From positions 6,971-70,970 of the forward strand of contig JBMOFC010000003.1 in the NCBI GenBank assembly GCA_049314455.1: DNA of 64,000 nt, read 5' to 3'. The position numbers and the translations under genes were made by a program. The notes under the pieces are model-generated. The model ran no database searches. It had not been told where the DNA came from and saw nothing but the letters and a program-made list of their open reading frames with translations. The stretch is from Chthoniobacterales bacterium. GTDB taxonomy: Bacteria; Verrucomicrobiota; Verrucomicrobiia; Chthoniobacterales; UBA6821. Position 1 is the stretch's first letter; each line of letters starts with the position of its first letter. Positions 37,485 to 46,732 of this stretch are shown here, piece by piece.

Positions 37485-37513
37485 CAGCGTGTTAAAAAAC
37501 GAATTATAAAACT

Positions 37514-39364
37514 ATGTGTGGAATTGTAGGATATGTTGGAGCAAAGAATACGGTGCCGATCTTGTTAGAAGGATTGTATCGTTTGGAATATCGTGGCTAT
37601 GACTCTTCGGGAATCGCTGTTGTTGATGATGGCAAACTTTCCATTCGAAAAACACCGGGTCGCATTCAAAATCTTCGTGATCTCATTGTCAAAGAACCGC
37701 TACAAGGTCATGTTGGTATTAGTCATACACGGTGGGCCACGCACGGTGAGGTCACTTATGAGAATGCTCATCCGCATCTAGATGCCTCTGGCCGTCTGGC
37801 TCTTGTTCATAATGGCGTTATTGAAAATTATACCAAACTGCGTGCTCAGCTTGAAGAGGAAGGACACATATTCCAGTCGCAAACGGATACGGAAGTCTTA
37901 GCCCATCTTATAGGGCGCGCTTTTGATCTTCTGGGTGAAAAAACGGAGAAGGCTCTTATTGCTGCTGTGCGTGAAGCGTTACGACGTGTTGATGGAACCT
38001 ATGGCATTGCACTTCTTCATATAGATGTTCCAGAACTGATCATTGGAGCGCGCCGGGGAAGTCCCTTAGTCCTTGGTATTGGCGTAGGTGAACATTTTCT
38101 GGCAAGTGATGTTAGCGCCATTGTGATGCACACACGGGATGTCGTTTACTTAAACGATTATGAAATTGTGGCCCTGCGACGCGACGGTTTTACTATTTCT
38201 AATCTTCAAGGAAATGGAACGCCTTACAATATTACCACGGTTGATGACTTGGTTCATGACATGGATAAAGGAATCTATCCTCATTACATGATCAAAGAAA
38301 TTTTTGAGCAGGCTCATACTGTCCATGAAGCCATGCGAGGGCGTCTTTCGCTAGAAGAAGCAACTGCGAAATTAGGTGGCCTAGAAATGTCGAATGCTGA
38401 GCTGCGTAGCATCGAGCGCATTGTCCTGAGTGGTTGTGGTACGGCTATGCATGCGGCAATGGTGGGTGAATATTTGATCGAGTCGCTCGCGCAAGTGCCC
38501 ACAGAATGTGAGTTCGCGAGTGAATTTCGTTATCGTAATTTACCAATGACGAAAGACACACTTGTCTTCGTTTTGAGTCAAAGTGGAGAGACTGCCGATA
38601 CGCTTGCTGCTCTCCGAGAAAGCCAGCGCAAAGGACACCGTACGCTTGGTATTTGTAATAACGTTGCGAGCACTATTGCTCGTGAAAGTAATGGTGGCGT
38701 TTATATGCACGCTGGACCAGAAATTGGGGTGGCAGCGACAAAGAGCTTTACCTCACAGGTGACTATCCTGACATTGATTGCGCTTTTGCTAGGTCGTATT
38801 CGCAATCTTTCAAGTTCTGAGGGAACAAAGATTATTGCCGAGTTAGAGGCTCTTCCTGAAAAAATTAAAAAAACCTTAGAGCTTAATGAGCAAATTGCGG
38901 CGATTGCTCGTTGCTATGCCACTTCCAAAGTAATGCTTTTTATGGGACGTCAATTTAATTATCCCGTCGCTTTGGAAGGAGCGCTCAAACTCAAAGAAGT
39001 CAGCTACATTGCTGCTAGTGGCTATCCCAGTGCGGAGCTCAAGCATGGAGTAATTGCGCTTGTTAATGAAGAGACCCCTTCTCTTTTTATTGCTCCCCAT
39101 GATGCTGTTTTTTCAAAAAATGTGAGCAGCATTCAAGAAGTAAAGGCACGCAAAGGACCGGTGATCGCGATTGGCACGGAAGGACATAGCAGCGAGCTCG
39201 AGGCAATCTGTGACCATGTGATTACTATTCCTGCAGCTCCGGATTATTTAACACCAATCCTCTCAACAATCCCATTGCAATTTTTTGCCTACCATACGGC
39301 TGTGACTCTTGGGTGTGATGTTGATAAGCCACGCAACTTGGCCAAAAGCGTCACTGTGGAGTAA
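37514..39364 (+). CDS. glmS: glutamine--fructose-6-phosphate aminotransferase
   Basis: MCGIVGYVG N-terminus, two SIS domains, C-terminal NLAKSVTVE. Confidence 0.95.
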   Translation: MCGIVGYVGAKNTVPILLEGLYRLEYRGYDSSGIAVVDDGKLSIRKTPGRIQNLRDLIVKEPLQGHVGISHTRWATHGEVTYENAHPHLDASGRLALVHNGVIENYTKLRAQLEEEGHIFQSQTDTEVLAHLIGRAFDLLGEKTEKALIAAVREALRRVDGTYGIALLHIDVPELIIGARRGSPLVLGIGVGEHFLASDVSAIVMHTRDVVYLNDYEIVALRRDGFTISNLQGNGTPYNITTVDDLVHDMDKGIYPHYMIKEIFEQAHTVHEAMRGRLSLEEATAKLGGLEMSNAELRSIERIVLSGCGTAMHAAMVGEYLIESLAQVPTECEFASEFRYRNLPMTKDTLVFVLSQSGETADTLAALRESQRKGHRTLGICNNVASTIARESNGGVYMHAGPEIGVAATKSFTSQVTILTLIALLLGRIRNLSSSEGTKIIAELEALPEKIKKTLELNEQIAAIARCYATSKVMLFMGRQFNYPVALEGALKLKEVSYIAASGYPSAELKHGVIALVNEETPSLFIAPHDAVFSKNVSSIQEVKARKGPVIAIGTEGHSSELEAICDHVITIPAAPDYLTPILSTIPLQFFAYHTAVTLGCDVDKPRNLAKSVTVE

Positions 39365-39389
39365 CAAATTTAGAAACTAAAAACATTTA

Positions 39390-40382
39390 ATGGCTCTCCC
39401 TCTTCTCCGTCGTCCTCGGCGCAATCGCCACACAGCCTCGATCCGAGCTCTTGTGCAGGAGACAAAGTTACATCGTGAAGATTTCATTCAGCCTCTTTTT
39501 TTTCATGCTGGAAGTGGTGAGTCCGAGAAAATCGCATCGATGCCTGGGATTGTCCGTCACACACTCGAATCACTTGTAGAGGAGTGTCACACTCTTGCCG
39601 GCCTTGGAATGACTGCCGTGGCTCTTTTTCCCTGTATTGAGCCTTGTTACAAAGATCCTACAGGTACGCATGCTACGACATCAGAAAATATTCTCTACCG
39701 TGCCATTCGAGAAATCAAAAAAGCCTCTCCTGAGCTTGTTGTGATTGCTGATATCGCCTTAGATCCTTACACGAGCCATGGACATGATGGTTTGCTAAGT
39801 GATACCGGATATGTGGAAAATGATTCAACGGTAGAAGTCTTAACCCAGCTTGCTCTTATGGAAGCTGAGGCAGGAGCTGATATCGTGGCCCCCTCCGACA
39901 TGATGGATGGAAGGGTGAGGGCGATTCGAAATATTCTAGATGATGCCGGCTTTCAAGATCGAGGAATTATGGCCTACTCGGCAAAATATGCTTCGGCCTA
40001 CTACGGGCCATTTCGTGAGGCATTAAAAAGCAACGTGGGACCTACTCCTCTCAATAAAAAAAGTTACCAAATGGATCCTGCTAATCTTCGTGAGGCACTC
40101 CTCGAAGTGAAGCTAGATGAGGAAGAGGGAGCTGACATTGTTATGGTCAAACCTGCTGGAACCTACCTCGATGTCATTAGAGCTGTGCGAGAAGCAACGC
40201 TACTTCCCGTGGCTGCTTACCAAGTTTCCGGTGAATATTCCCAGATCTGTGCTGCTGCTCAATGTGGCTGGCTTGATTATCGTGCAACACGGGACGAGTC
40301 TCTCCTCGCCATCAAGCGAGCAGGGGCTTCGATTATTTTGAGCTATTTTGCAGCAGAGGTGCTCAAAGAATTAAAGGGTTAA
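39390..40382 (+). CDS. hemB: porphobilinogen synthase (delta-aminolevulinic acid dehydratase)
   Basis: RRPRRNR N-terminus, active-site Lys regions (MVKPA, YQVSGEY), about 330 aa. Confidence 0.93.
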   Translation: MALPLLRRPRRNRHTASIRALVQETKLHREDFIQPLFFHAGSGESEKIASMPGIVRHTLESLVEECHTLAGLGMTAVALFPCIEPCYKDPTGTHATTSENILYRAIREIKKASPELVVIADIALDPYTSHGHDGLLSDTGYVENDSTVEVLTQLALMEAEAGADIVAPSDMMDGRVRAIRNILDDAGFQDRGIMAYSAKYASAYYGPFREALKSNVGPTPLNKKSYQMDPANLREALLEVKLDEEEGADIVMVKPAGTYLDVIRAVREATLLPVAAYQVSGEYSQICAAAQCGWLDYRATRDESLLAIKRAGASIILSYFAAEVLKELKG

Positions 40383-40433
40383 GCATGAAATATTTTTCCT
40401 TGTCGAATCAAAAAATCTTTTCATGATAATGAG

Positions 40434-41633
40434 ATGTCCTTTCTTCCACCGATTAAAAAGCAACATTTTTCGTCAGAAACTCCAGATGTATCTTCCATAG
40501 AGAAGAATCAAAACAATCAGAGATTACGGCCCTTAAATCAGGGGGCTGAGCCTCCTTCTTTTGTTCAGGTCGATAGTACTACTGGTATAGCATCGCAGAG
40601 AAAATATCCTTATTTAAAGCCAATCAATCCCAATAACATTTCCCCAATTTCTGTAGAGAAAGTTACTGAAGATCCCGTTTTTAAGACGCCAAAGAGCAAT
40701 GCTACAGTATTGCCTTCACTCTCTCAGTTGGATGAAGGAACAAAGCAACGTAATAATAAAAGCGGCATAAGTTCTTCAGCAAAAAGAACAGGTTATGGTA
40801 ACGCACTACCACCTAAAAATGCTCCTATTGATTCTGCAGATGAATCTGTTGATTCTCTTTTTAACACAGGTGTTTCAAGTCACTATGCAACAGATTTATT
40901 TCGAGAATCAACTACGAATTCAGTAAGTCCAACTTCATTATCAGTTGTTTCACATTCTGAAAACAAAGAACAAGTTTCGTGTTACGATTTGCTAGAGAAG
41001 TCACGTGACACCTTCGATGCCGCCGAAAAAGAGTCTGGTTATAAATCTCTTCCTCTTTGGCATCAATACATCGAAGAAGCGAAACAGGCTAACACGGCTT
41101 TACTTCGAACACTCAAAGAGATCGATGAAAATAATTCTTCCTCTCAAGACACTATTGCTGACATTCAAGAAATTCAAAAATATTTAGCCGAAAACGTGAG
41201 TCTTGCTATTACAAGAATTGAAAAAGCTAGTAATACTATTACTCGCAAGCTATCTAAGCTTGTTGATGATGCTAACAAAAAAAGCATTAAAGCTAAAAAT
41301 GCTTTTGATATTGCCAAAGTTAAAAGCGGAACAGAAGAAGCAGTTTCTTCTTGGGAACATGCACTCACTCTGGTGCAAGAAGCTCATAAGGATTGGGAAA
41401 GCATTTGGATAACTTTAAAAGCAGAGCGAGATTATCATTCAGCGCCACCTAATGAAGGTGATCTTGATGAACAAAAAAAGGGAATGGGTATACAGAAATG
41501 GAAAGAGGCAGATGGTCGCGAAAGGATTTTTACTGCAGCTGACTTCGCAAAGTCAAATTTTTTGGAGGATATTCAAGAAGCAAAAGAAGCACTCAAGAGT
41601 GAAGCAGAAAAAACACTCGAGAGTACCGGATAA
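40434..41633 (+). CDS. orphan hypothetical protein: long disordered N-half, helical/coiled-coil C-half
   Basis: 399-aa ORF with no signal peptide. The first ~190 aa are S/P/N/T-rich. The C-half is rich in heptad-like K/E/A/L segments. Confidence 0.6.
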   Translation: MSFLPPIKKQHFSSETPDVSSIEKNQNNQRLRPLNQGAEPPSFVQVDSTTGIASQRKYPYLKPINPNNISPISVEKVTEDPVFKTPKSNATVLPSLSQLDEGTKQRNNKSGISSSAKRTGYGNALPPKNAPIDSADESVDSLFNTGVSSHYATDLFRESTTNSVSPTSLSVVSHSENKEQVSCYDLLEKSRDTFDAAEKESGYKSLPLWHQYIEEAKQANTALLRTLKEIDENNSSSQDTIADIQEIQKYLAENVSLAITRIEKASNTITRKLSKLVDDANKKSIKAKNAFDIAKVKSGTEEAVSSWEHALTLVQEAHKDWESIWITLKAERDYHSAPPNEGDLDEQKKGMGIQKWKEADGRERIFTAADFAKSNFLEDIQEAKEALKSEAEKTLESTG

Positions 41634-41761
41634 CCTGCCCATTTATAGCAGAAAGAGAAGACGGGGATTAAAAAGTAGATAGTCAAAAGTTTTTTTCAAA
41701 AAAAATATTTGGGCTAAAGTGATGTCATGATAGTCTCATCTTTACTTTTTTTATAGTATCC

Positions 41762-43168
41762 ATGTCTCTTTCTTCTTCCTCCCCTCAATCTTCTTCTAAT
41801 AAACGCAAAGTTGGCTTGATTAGCCTTGGCTGCGCCAAAAATCTCGTTGATGCAGAAATTCTTCTTGGGGATGCTGCACGTCACGGGTATGAGCTAACTC
41901 AAGAACATGAAGAGGCTGATGTGGTGCTCGTGAACACCTGTGGCTTCATCGATCTTGCCAAAGAAGAGAGCATCAATGCGATCTTAGAAGCGCATCGTCG
42001 TCGCCTTCACGGTACCAAAGCGGAACAGAAGCTCGTTGTTGGGGGGTGCCTTTCACAACGTTATTCTGCAGACTTAGCCAAGCAGCTTCCCGAAGTGGAT
42101 GCTTTTTTGGGACTCGATGAGATTTCACGTGCGGGAGAAATTTTCAATCGTCTTTTTGAAGAAGAAATTTCTGAGGAAAGCCGGATCACCGTTTCCAGAC
42201 GAGCTGCTTACATTCCTGACTTTGACACACCGCGTGTTCGTCTCACAGCCTCTCATACGACTTATGTAAAAATTGCAGAAGGATGCAATCATCCTTGCTC
42301 TTTTTGTGTGATTCCGCGGATGCGTGGACGCCATCGGAGTCGCTCGATTGACTCCGTTGTTAAGGAAGTGGAGTCCCTGGTGGCTTCAGGAGTCAAAGAA
42401 ATCAATTTGGTGAGTCAAGATACGACTTATTTTGGAATGGATCAGTGGGAGGAAAAAGCAGGACCACGTCAGCAAGTTGACGAGACTCGCGGTCCGAGTC
42501 TCATCGGGTTGCTCGATGCTCTGGGTAAGATCGAGGGTGATTTTTGGATTCGACTTTTGTACACGCATCCTGCGCATTGGAGTGATGATTTGATTGCGGC
42601 TATTGCACGCAATCCCAAAGTTGCTCGTTACGTCGATATGCCATTGCAGCATATTCACGAGGAGATGCTCAGTGCAATGAAGCGTGAGACAGGTCGTCAA
42701 CACATTGTTGATCTCATCTCACGTCTTCGTGCTGGCATTCCAGACCTAACGATCCGGACAACCTTTATTGTCGGATTTCCGGGAGAAACCGAAGAGCATT
42801 TTACAAGCTTGCTCGATTTTATTCGTGAAACACGATTTGAAAGGCTAGGGGTTTTTGCGTATTCACGAGAAGAAGAGTCCCGTGCCGCTAAGATGCCCAA
42901 CCAGGTTCATGGAAATACCAAACAACGTCGTCTTCGTGAAGCGATGCTCCTGCAGCAGCAGATTGCACGTGAGTGGGCTGAAGCACAAATCGGTAAAACG
43001 CTCAACGTTGTGGCTGACACAGCGCTATTAGGACGTACCGAAGGAGATGCTCCTGATGTTGACTGTCGTGTTCATTTTGTGAAGCCCGTCACTCCAGGGG
43101 CTTTCGTAACCTGTAAAATTACAGGGACACGCGACTATGATTTGGTTGGAGAGGCCTTAGGTAATTAA
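41762..43168 (+). CDS. rimO: ribosomal protein S12 methylthiotransferase RimO
   Basis: UPF0004 domain (VGLISLGCAKNLVDAE..NTCGF), radical-SAM CNHPCSFC, C-terminal TRAM domain. Confidence 0.9.
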   Translation: MSLSSSSPQSSSNKRKVGLISLGCAKNLVDAEILLGDAARHGYELTQEHEEADVVLVNTCGFIDLAKEESINAILEAHRRRLHGTKAEQKLVVGGCLSQRYSADLAKQLPEVDAFLGLDEISRAGEIFNRLFEEEISEESRITVSRRAAYIPDFDTPRVRLTASHTTYVKIAEGCNHPCSFCVIPRMRGRHRSRSIDSVVKEVESLVASGVKEINLVSQDTTYFGMDQWEEKAGPRQQVDETRGPSLIGLLDALGKIEGDFWIRLLYTHPAHWSDDLIAAIARNPKVARYVDMPLQHIHEEMLSAMKRETGRQHIVDLISRLRAGIPDLTIRTTFIVGFPGETEEHFTSLLDFIRETRFERLGVFAYSREEESRAAKMPNQVHGNTKQRRLREAMLLQQQIAREWAEAQIGKTLNVVADTALLGRTEGDAPDVDCRVHFVKPVTPGAFVTCKITGTRDYDLVGEALGN

Positions 43169-43241
43169 TCTTCTTTTTTTTTAAAAAAAATTTCTGTTAT
43201 GAGAAAAACAGCTTTCATGATCAATCACTACATTAAAAAAA

Positions 43242-44005
43242 ATGAATATTACAAAAAAATCTGAGCACTCTGTTTCTGATAGTAACAACCTTAATCTCCC
43301 TCCTTCTGCTTCTGAAAAAAACAAGAGGCTCCTTTCGTTCCTGTTTCTTCAAGTCATGAAAAGATCAACTCAGCGGAAAAATTTTCTACTCCCTTCAATA
43401 GAAAACCGTCATCTCAAAGTCATTTAGTAGACAGTGATGATGAAGCGAACTATTTTGATGCCGAGCAGGGTTTGTCGGCTCTGGATGCTCCTCCACACGC
43501 TTCTGCGAAAATGAAAAAAGCATCTCATGAAATTGCTTCTGGTTCCTGTTTAGAGAAGATCCACGCTCTTAATGAAGAGGTTGCTCCATTAATTCAAACT
43601 ATCTCCGACTCGTTGACCGCAGCGAAAAATAAATTTTGGAAAGAAGAAACCATCGTTCGTTCTACAACTATTCCTTCTGTGAAATATAACTTTAAGAATA
43701 AACGTTCTGGAGAGGATATTATTTCTGATAAAGGCCATATTTCTTATCAACACAGTCGACCTGTTGTTGAGCTCAGGTCTCTCACAGCAACCGAAAAAGG
43801 AGCATTGCAGACCATTCTAGAAACGCTATTTCCTGAGATCCAAAAGGCTAAGAACCTCTCTCAAGCGGCACTCTCTCTTATTCAAAAAAATAATCTTGAT
43901 GAGAGTGACATGCCAGAAGTCAATATCGCTAAGAGTCATCTAGATCGTATTTCAGCATTAGAATTTTTTGAGTTTCAAGAGCTAGGATCTCTTTTGAAAA
44001 AATAA
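43242..44005 (+). pseudogene. orphan polar protein gene interrupted by a -1 frame change at an A7 tract (pseudogene, phase-variable gene, or slippage-dependent gene)
   Basis: Frame 0 (ATG at 43242) reads MNITKKSEHSVSDSNNLNLPPSASEK up to the A7 run at 43315..43321. The -1 frame opens directly after a TGA at 43313..43315 and runs to 44005 with matching polar composition. Frame 0 after the tract reads as junk and stops at 43427. Confidence 0.65.
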
Positions 44006-44064
44006 GTTTGCCAGAAAAAAGCCAGTGATTGCCAAAGGAGCGAAGATTTTTCATCATAGAACGA

Positions 44065-46554
44065 ATGTCCCCATCATCTCGTCGTACTTGGAATGAAATC
44101 GTCGGTCTCTTGCTCATGGGCGGAGGCATTTTATTACTGCTTGCGTTGCTTTCGTTTGAACCGCGCGATGTCCCTTCGTGGCTTTTTTATGCAAAGTATT
44201 CTTCAACATCCTCAATACCGCTCAATTTTGTAGGTCGTTTTGGTGCTATCATGGCGGGACTTTGTTTTTTTCTTTTTGGAGGGGCCTCTTTTTTTGCCGC
44301 AGCAGCGTTACTAGGACTAGGATTTTCTCGATTTTTTGTAGGAGAATCACCATTGGGCATTCGTCTTGGCTGGTCCTTGATTTTTGTATTGAGCTGGGCT
44401 TATTTCCTCGATTTCCTGGATCATTTTAAATTTTTTTCTGCGACTTGGAAACAGACACTAGCACTTCCTGGTGCTGGGGGATGGTTTGGCCATGCCCTTG
44501 GCATTGCTATCGGGAAAAATACCATGGGGGTGGTTGGTTCTCTTTTTCTCTTTTTCATGGTAGCACTTACGAGTTTGATTTTGGCAACAGGGTTACATCC
44601 CATTACTGCTACAAAACGCACTATTGCGATGCTAGGAAAATTATTTCTTCAAATATGCACCCTTCTTAAAAATCAGTTATTACAAAAAAGAGATCTTTCT
44701 TTTAACAAAAAAGAACACACTTCTACTTCTCACGAGTCTAAGAAAATCTCTTCACGCCGCCGCAAGAAACTACTTGAAGAGCTCGCCCTAGAAGAATCTT
44801 CCCAAGAGGCAAACAATGTTCTTCTTCCCCCCAATATTCCTCTTCCAAAAATTATTGATGCTAGTGTTCCTGCTAAAAAGCCAACACTTGCTGAGGTAAT
44901 GAAGTCGAAACCCAAACAGACGGCTGGAGTGAGTACAGAAGCAGGATTACTCTCCAATGTGGCTTTAGAAAACTACACGCTTCCTGCATTAGATTTATTA
45001 GAAACCCATGAAAACAAAGATCAGCAACCTGCTGATCCAGCTTTGCTGCAAGGAGTGCAGCGCATCTTGATTGAGACGCTTGCTCAGTTTGGTATTGAAG
45101 CAGCACCTGGGGATATCACCAAAGGTCCTACCATCACGCGCTACGAACTCTACCCTGCTAGTGGCGTTCGTGTTGATCGGATTTCAAATTTGGAACGCGA
45201 TTTAGCACGTGCTACAAGTGCAGAGCGCATCAATATTTTAGCTCCCATTCCAGGCAAAGATACGGTTGGCATTGAGATTGCTAACAGCAATAAAGTTACC
45301 GTAGCCATTCGCGAACTTTTTGAAAGTGATAGCTGGCATAGTTCCAAAGCAAAACTTCCACTAGCTCTTGGAAAGGATGTTTATGGAAATGCCATTATTG
45401 CCGATCTTGCACAGATGCCCCATCTCTTGGTAGCAGGGGCTACGGGAAGTGGTAAGAGTGTTTGTATCAATTCCATCATTACAAGTCTTATTTTCAAGCA
45501 TACGCCAGAGACACTTCGTTTTATCATGATCGATCCGAAGGTCGTGGAAATGCAGATGTACAACAAGCTTCCGCATTTAGTGACCCCTGTGGTAACTGAT
45601 CCTAAAAAAGTCTTGCTCGCCCTTAGATGGGTCATTGATGAAATGGAGCTACGTTATAAAATTTTTGCAAAAACAGGGGTTCGCAATATCAGTGGATTTA
45701 ATGCACGTCCTAAGAACCAGGATTCACCTTCTGTAGAGCCTTCTCAGGAAAGTGCCTCTACGCTGGAACCAGAATCTCTAGATTCTCTTTTAGAAGAAGA
45801 ATCCTCCGCGCTCCAAGTCGAAGAAGCCTTGCCTCAAGCCCAAGCAGTACCACATCAACGTTCTCGCGAAGAAGAAATCATCATACCAGATCAAATGCCT
45901 TTTATAGTGGTAATTGTTGATGAGTTGGCTGACCTTATGCAAACAGCTCCTGCGGATGTCGAGTCTGCTATTGCGCGTATCACTCAGATGGCTCGTGCTG
46001 CAGGAATTCATATGATTGTGGCCACACAAACACCACGTGCTGACGTTGTCACCGGCATTATTAAAGCAAACATCCCCACACGCATCGCCTTCCAAGTGGC
46101 TTCCAAGCTGGATAGCCGGGTCATTCTTGATCAAAACGGAGCTGATCGTTTATTAGGCCAAGGTGATATGCTCTACTTGCCGCCTGGAAGCGCTAAGGTT
46201 ATTCGTGCACAGGGAGTCCTTGTGACCGATGAAGAGATAGGACGTGTGGTTGATTTTCTAGGAGCGCAAAGCCAACCGGTATTTGAACCAAGCATTGCAG
46301 CAAAGCTTTCTAATGCGACCATGCCAGAGGAAGACATCACGGAGGAGGAAGAGGAACTGGTGACAAAATGCCTGGAAATCATTCGTCAAGAAAAGAAAGC
46401 TTCCACTTCGATGCTACAACGTCGTCTTCGTCTCGGTTACACACGTGCGGCACGTGTGGTCGATATTTTAGAACAACGTGGCATCTTAGGGCCCAAAGAT
46501 GGAGCACGAGATCGAGAAATTTTAATCGATTTGGAAAGCGTCACGACACTCTAA
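44065..46554 (+). CDS. ftsK: DNA translocase FtsK
   Basis: N-terminal 4-TM domain, a low-complexity linker, the motor domain (HLLVAGATGSGKSV, VVIVDELADLM), and a C-terminal gamma domain (ASTSMLQRRLRLGYTRAARVVD). The start is ambiguous between the TTG at 44029 and the ATG at 44065. Confidence 0.92.
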   Translation: MSPSSRRTWNEIVGLLLMGGGILLLLALLSFEPRDVPSWLFYAKYSSTSSIPLNFVGRFGAIMAGLCFFLFGGASFFAAAALLGLGFSRFFVGESPLGIRLGWSLIFVLSWAYFLDFLDHFKFFSATWKQTLALPGAGGWFGHALGIAIGKNTMGVVGSLFLFFMVALTSLILATGLHPITATKRTIAMLGKLFLQICTLLKNQLLQKRDLSFNKKEHTSTSHESKKISSRRRKKLLEELALEESSQEANNVLLPPNIPLPKIIDASVPAKKPTLAEVMKSKPKQTAGVSTEAGLLSNVALENYTLPALDLLETHENKDQQPADPALLQGVQRILIETLAQFGIEAAPGDITKGPTITRYELYPASGVRVDRISNLERDLARATSAERINILAPIPGKDTVGIEIANSNKVTVAIRELFESDSWHSSKAKLPLALGKDVYGNAIIADLAQMPHLLVAGATGSGKSVCINSIITSLIFKHTPETLRFIMIDPKVVEMQMYNKLPHLVTPVVTDPKKVLLALRWVIDEMELRYKIFAKTGVRNISGFNARPKNQDSPSVEPSQESASTLEPESLDSLLEEESSALQVEEALPQAQAVPHQRSREEEIIIPDQMPFIVVIVDELADLMQTAPADVESAIARITQMARAAGIHMIVATQTPRADVVTGIIKANIPTRIAFQVASKLDSRVILDQNGADRLLGQGDMLYLPPGSAKVIRAQGVLVTDEEIGRVVDFLGAQSQPVFEPSIAAKLSNATMPEEDITEEEEELVTKCLEIIRQEKKASTSMLQRRLRLGYTRAARVVDILEQRGILGPKDGARDREILIDLESVTTL

Positions 46555-46567
46555 ACAAAGGAATTTT

Positions 46568-46732
46568 ATGCATATTTCTCATGCAACACCTGTATCTCTT
46601 CCAGAGTTTAGTGCGATTGTTCACAATAACTGGGATGATAAAACTTGTGGGCTTTTTACAAAAGCTGAGTTTAGGGAGTTTTGTAAAAGACATCATATTT
46701 CTGTTCCAAATCCCCATGAACCCTCAACATAA
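46568..46732 (+). CDS. possible small protein (54 aa)
   Basis: ATG preceded by AAGGA 5-6 nt upstream, immediately after the ftsK stop. Non-repetitive composition (MHISHATPVSLPEFSAIVHNNWDDKTCGLF..). Followed by a weak hairpin plus T-run at 46782..46801. It is below the ORF-track length cutoff. Confidence 0.3.
   Translation: MHISHATPVSLPEFSAIVHNNWDDKTCGLFTKAEFREFCKRHHISVPNPHEPST

Noticed and set aside
36880-37513. glmS ribozyme in the glmS 5' region
   Set aside because: I could not recognise the conserved ribozyme core, and the region is accounted for by repeat elements. This needs cmsearch to exclude formally.
43171-43190. T-run followed directly by an A-run downstream of rimO, as a terminator or regulatory palindrome
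   Set aside because: This is a pure A/T homopolymer pair with no loop and no GC stem. It is more likely a compositional feature of AT-rich spacers.
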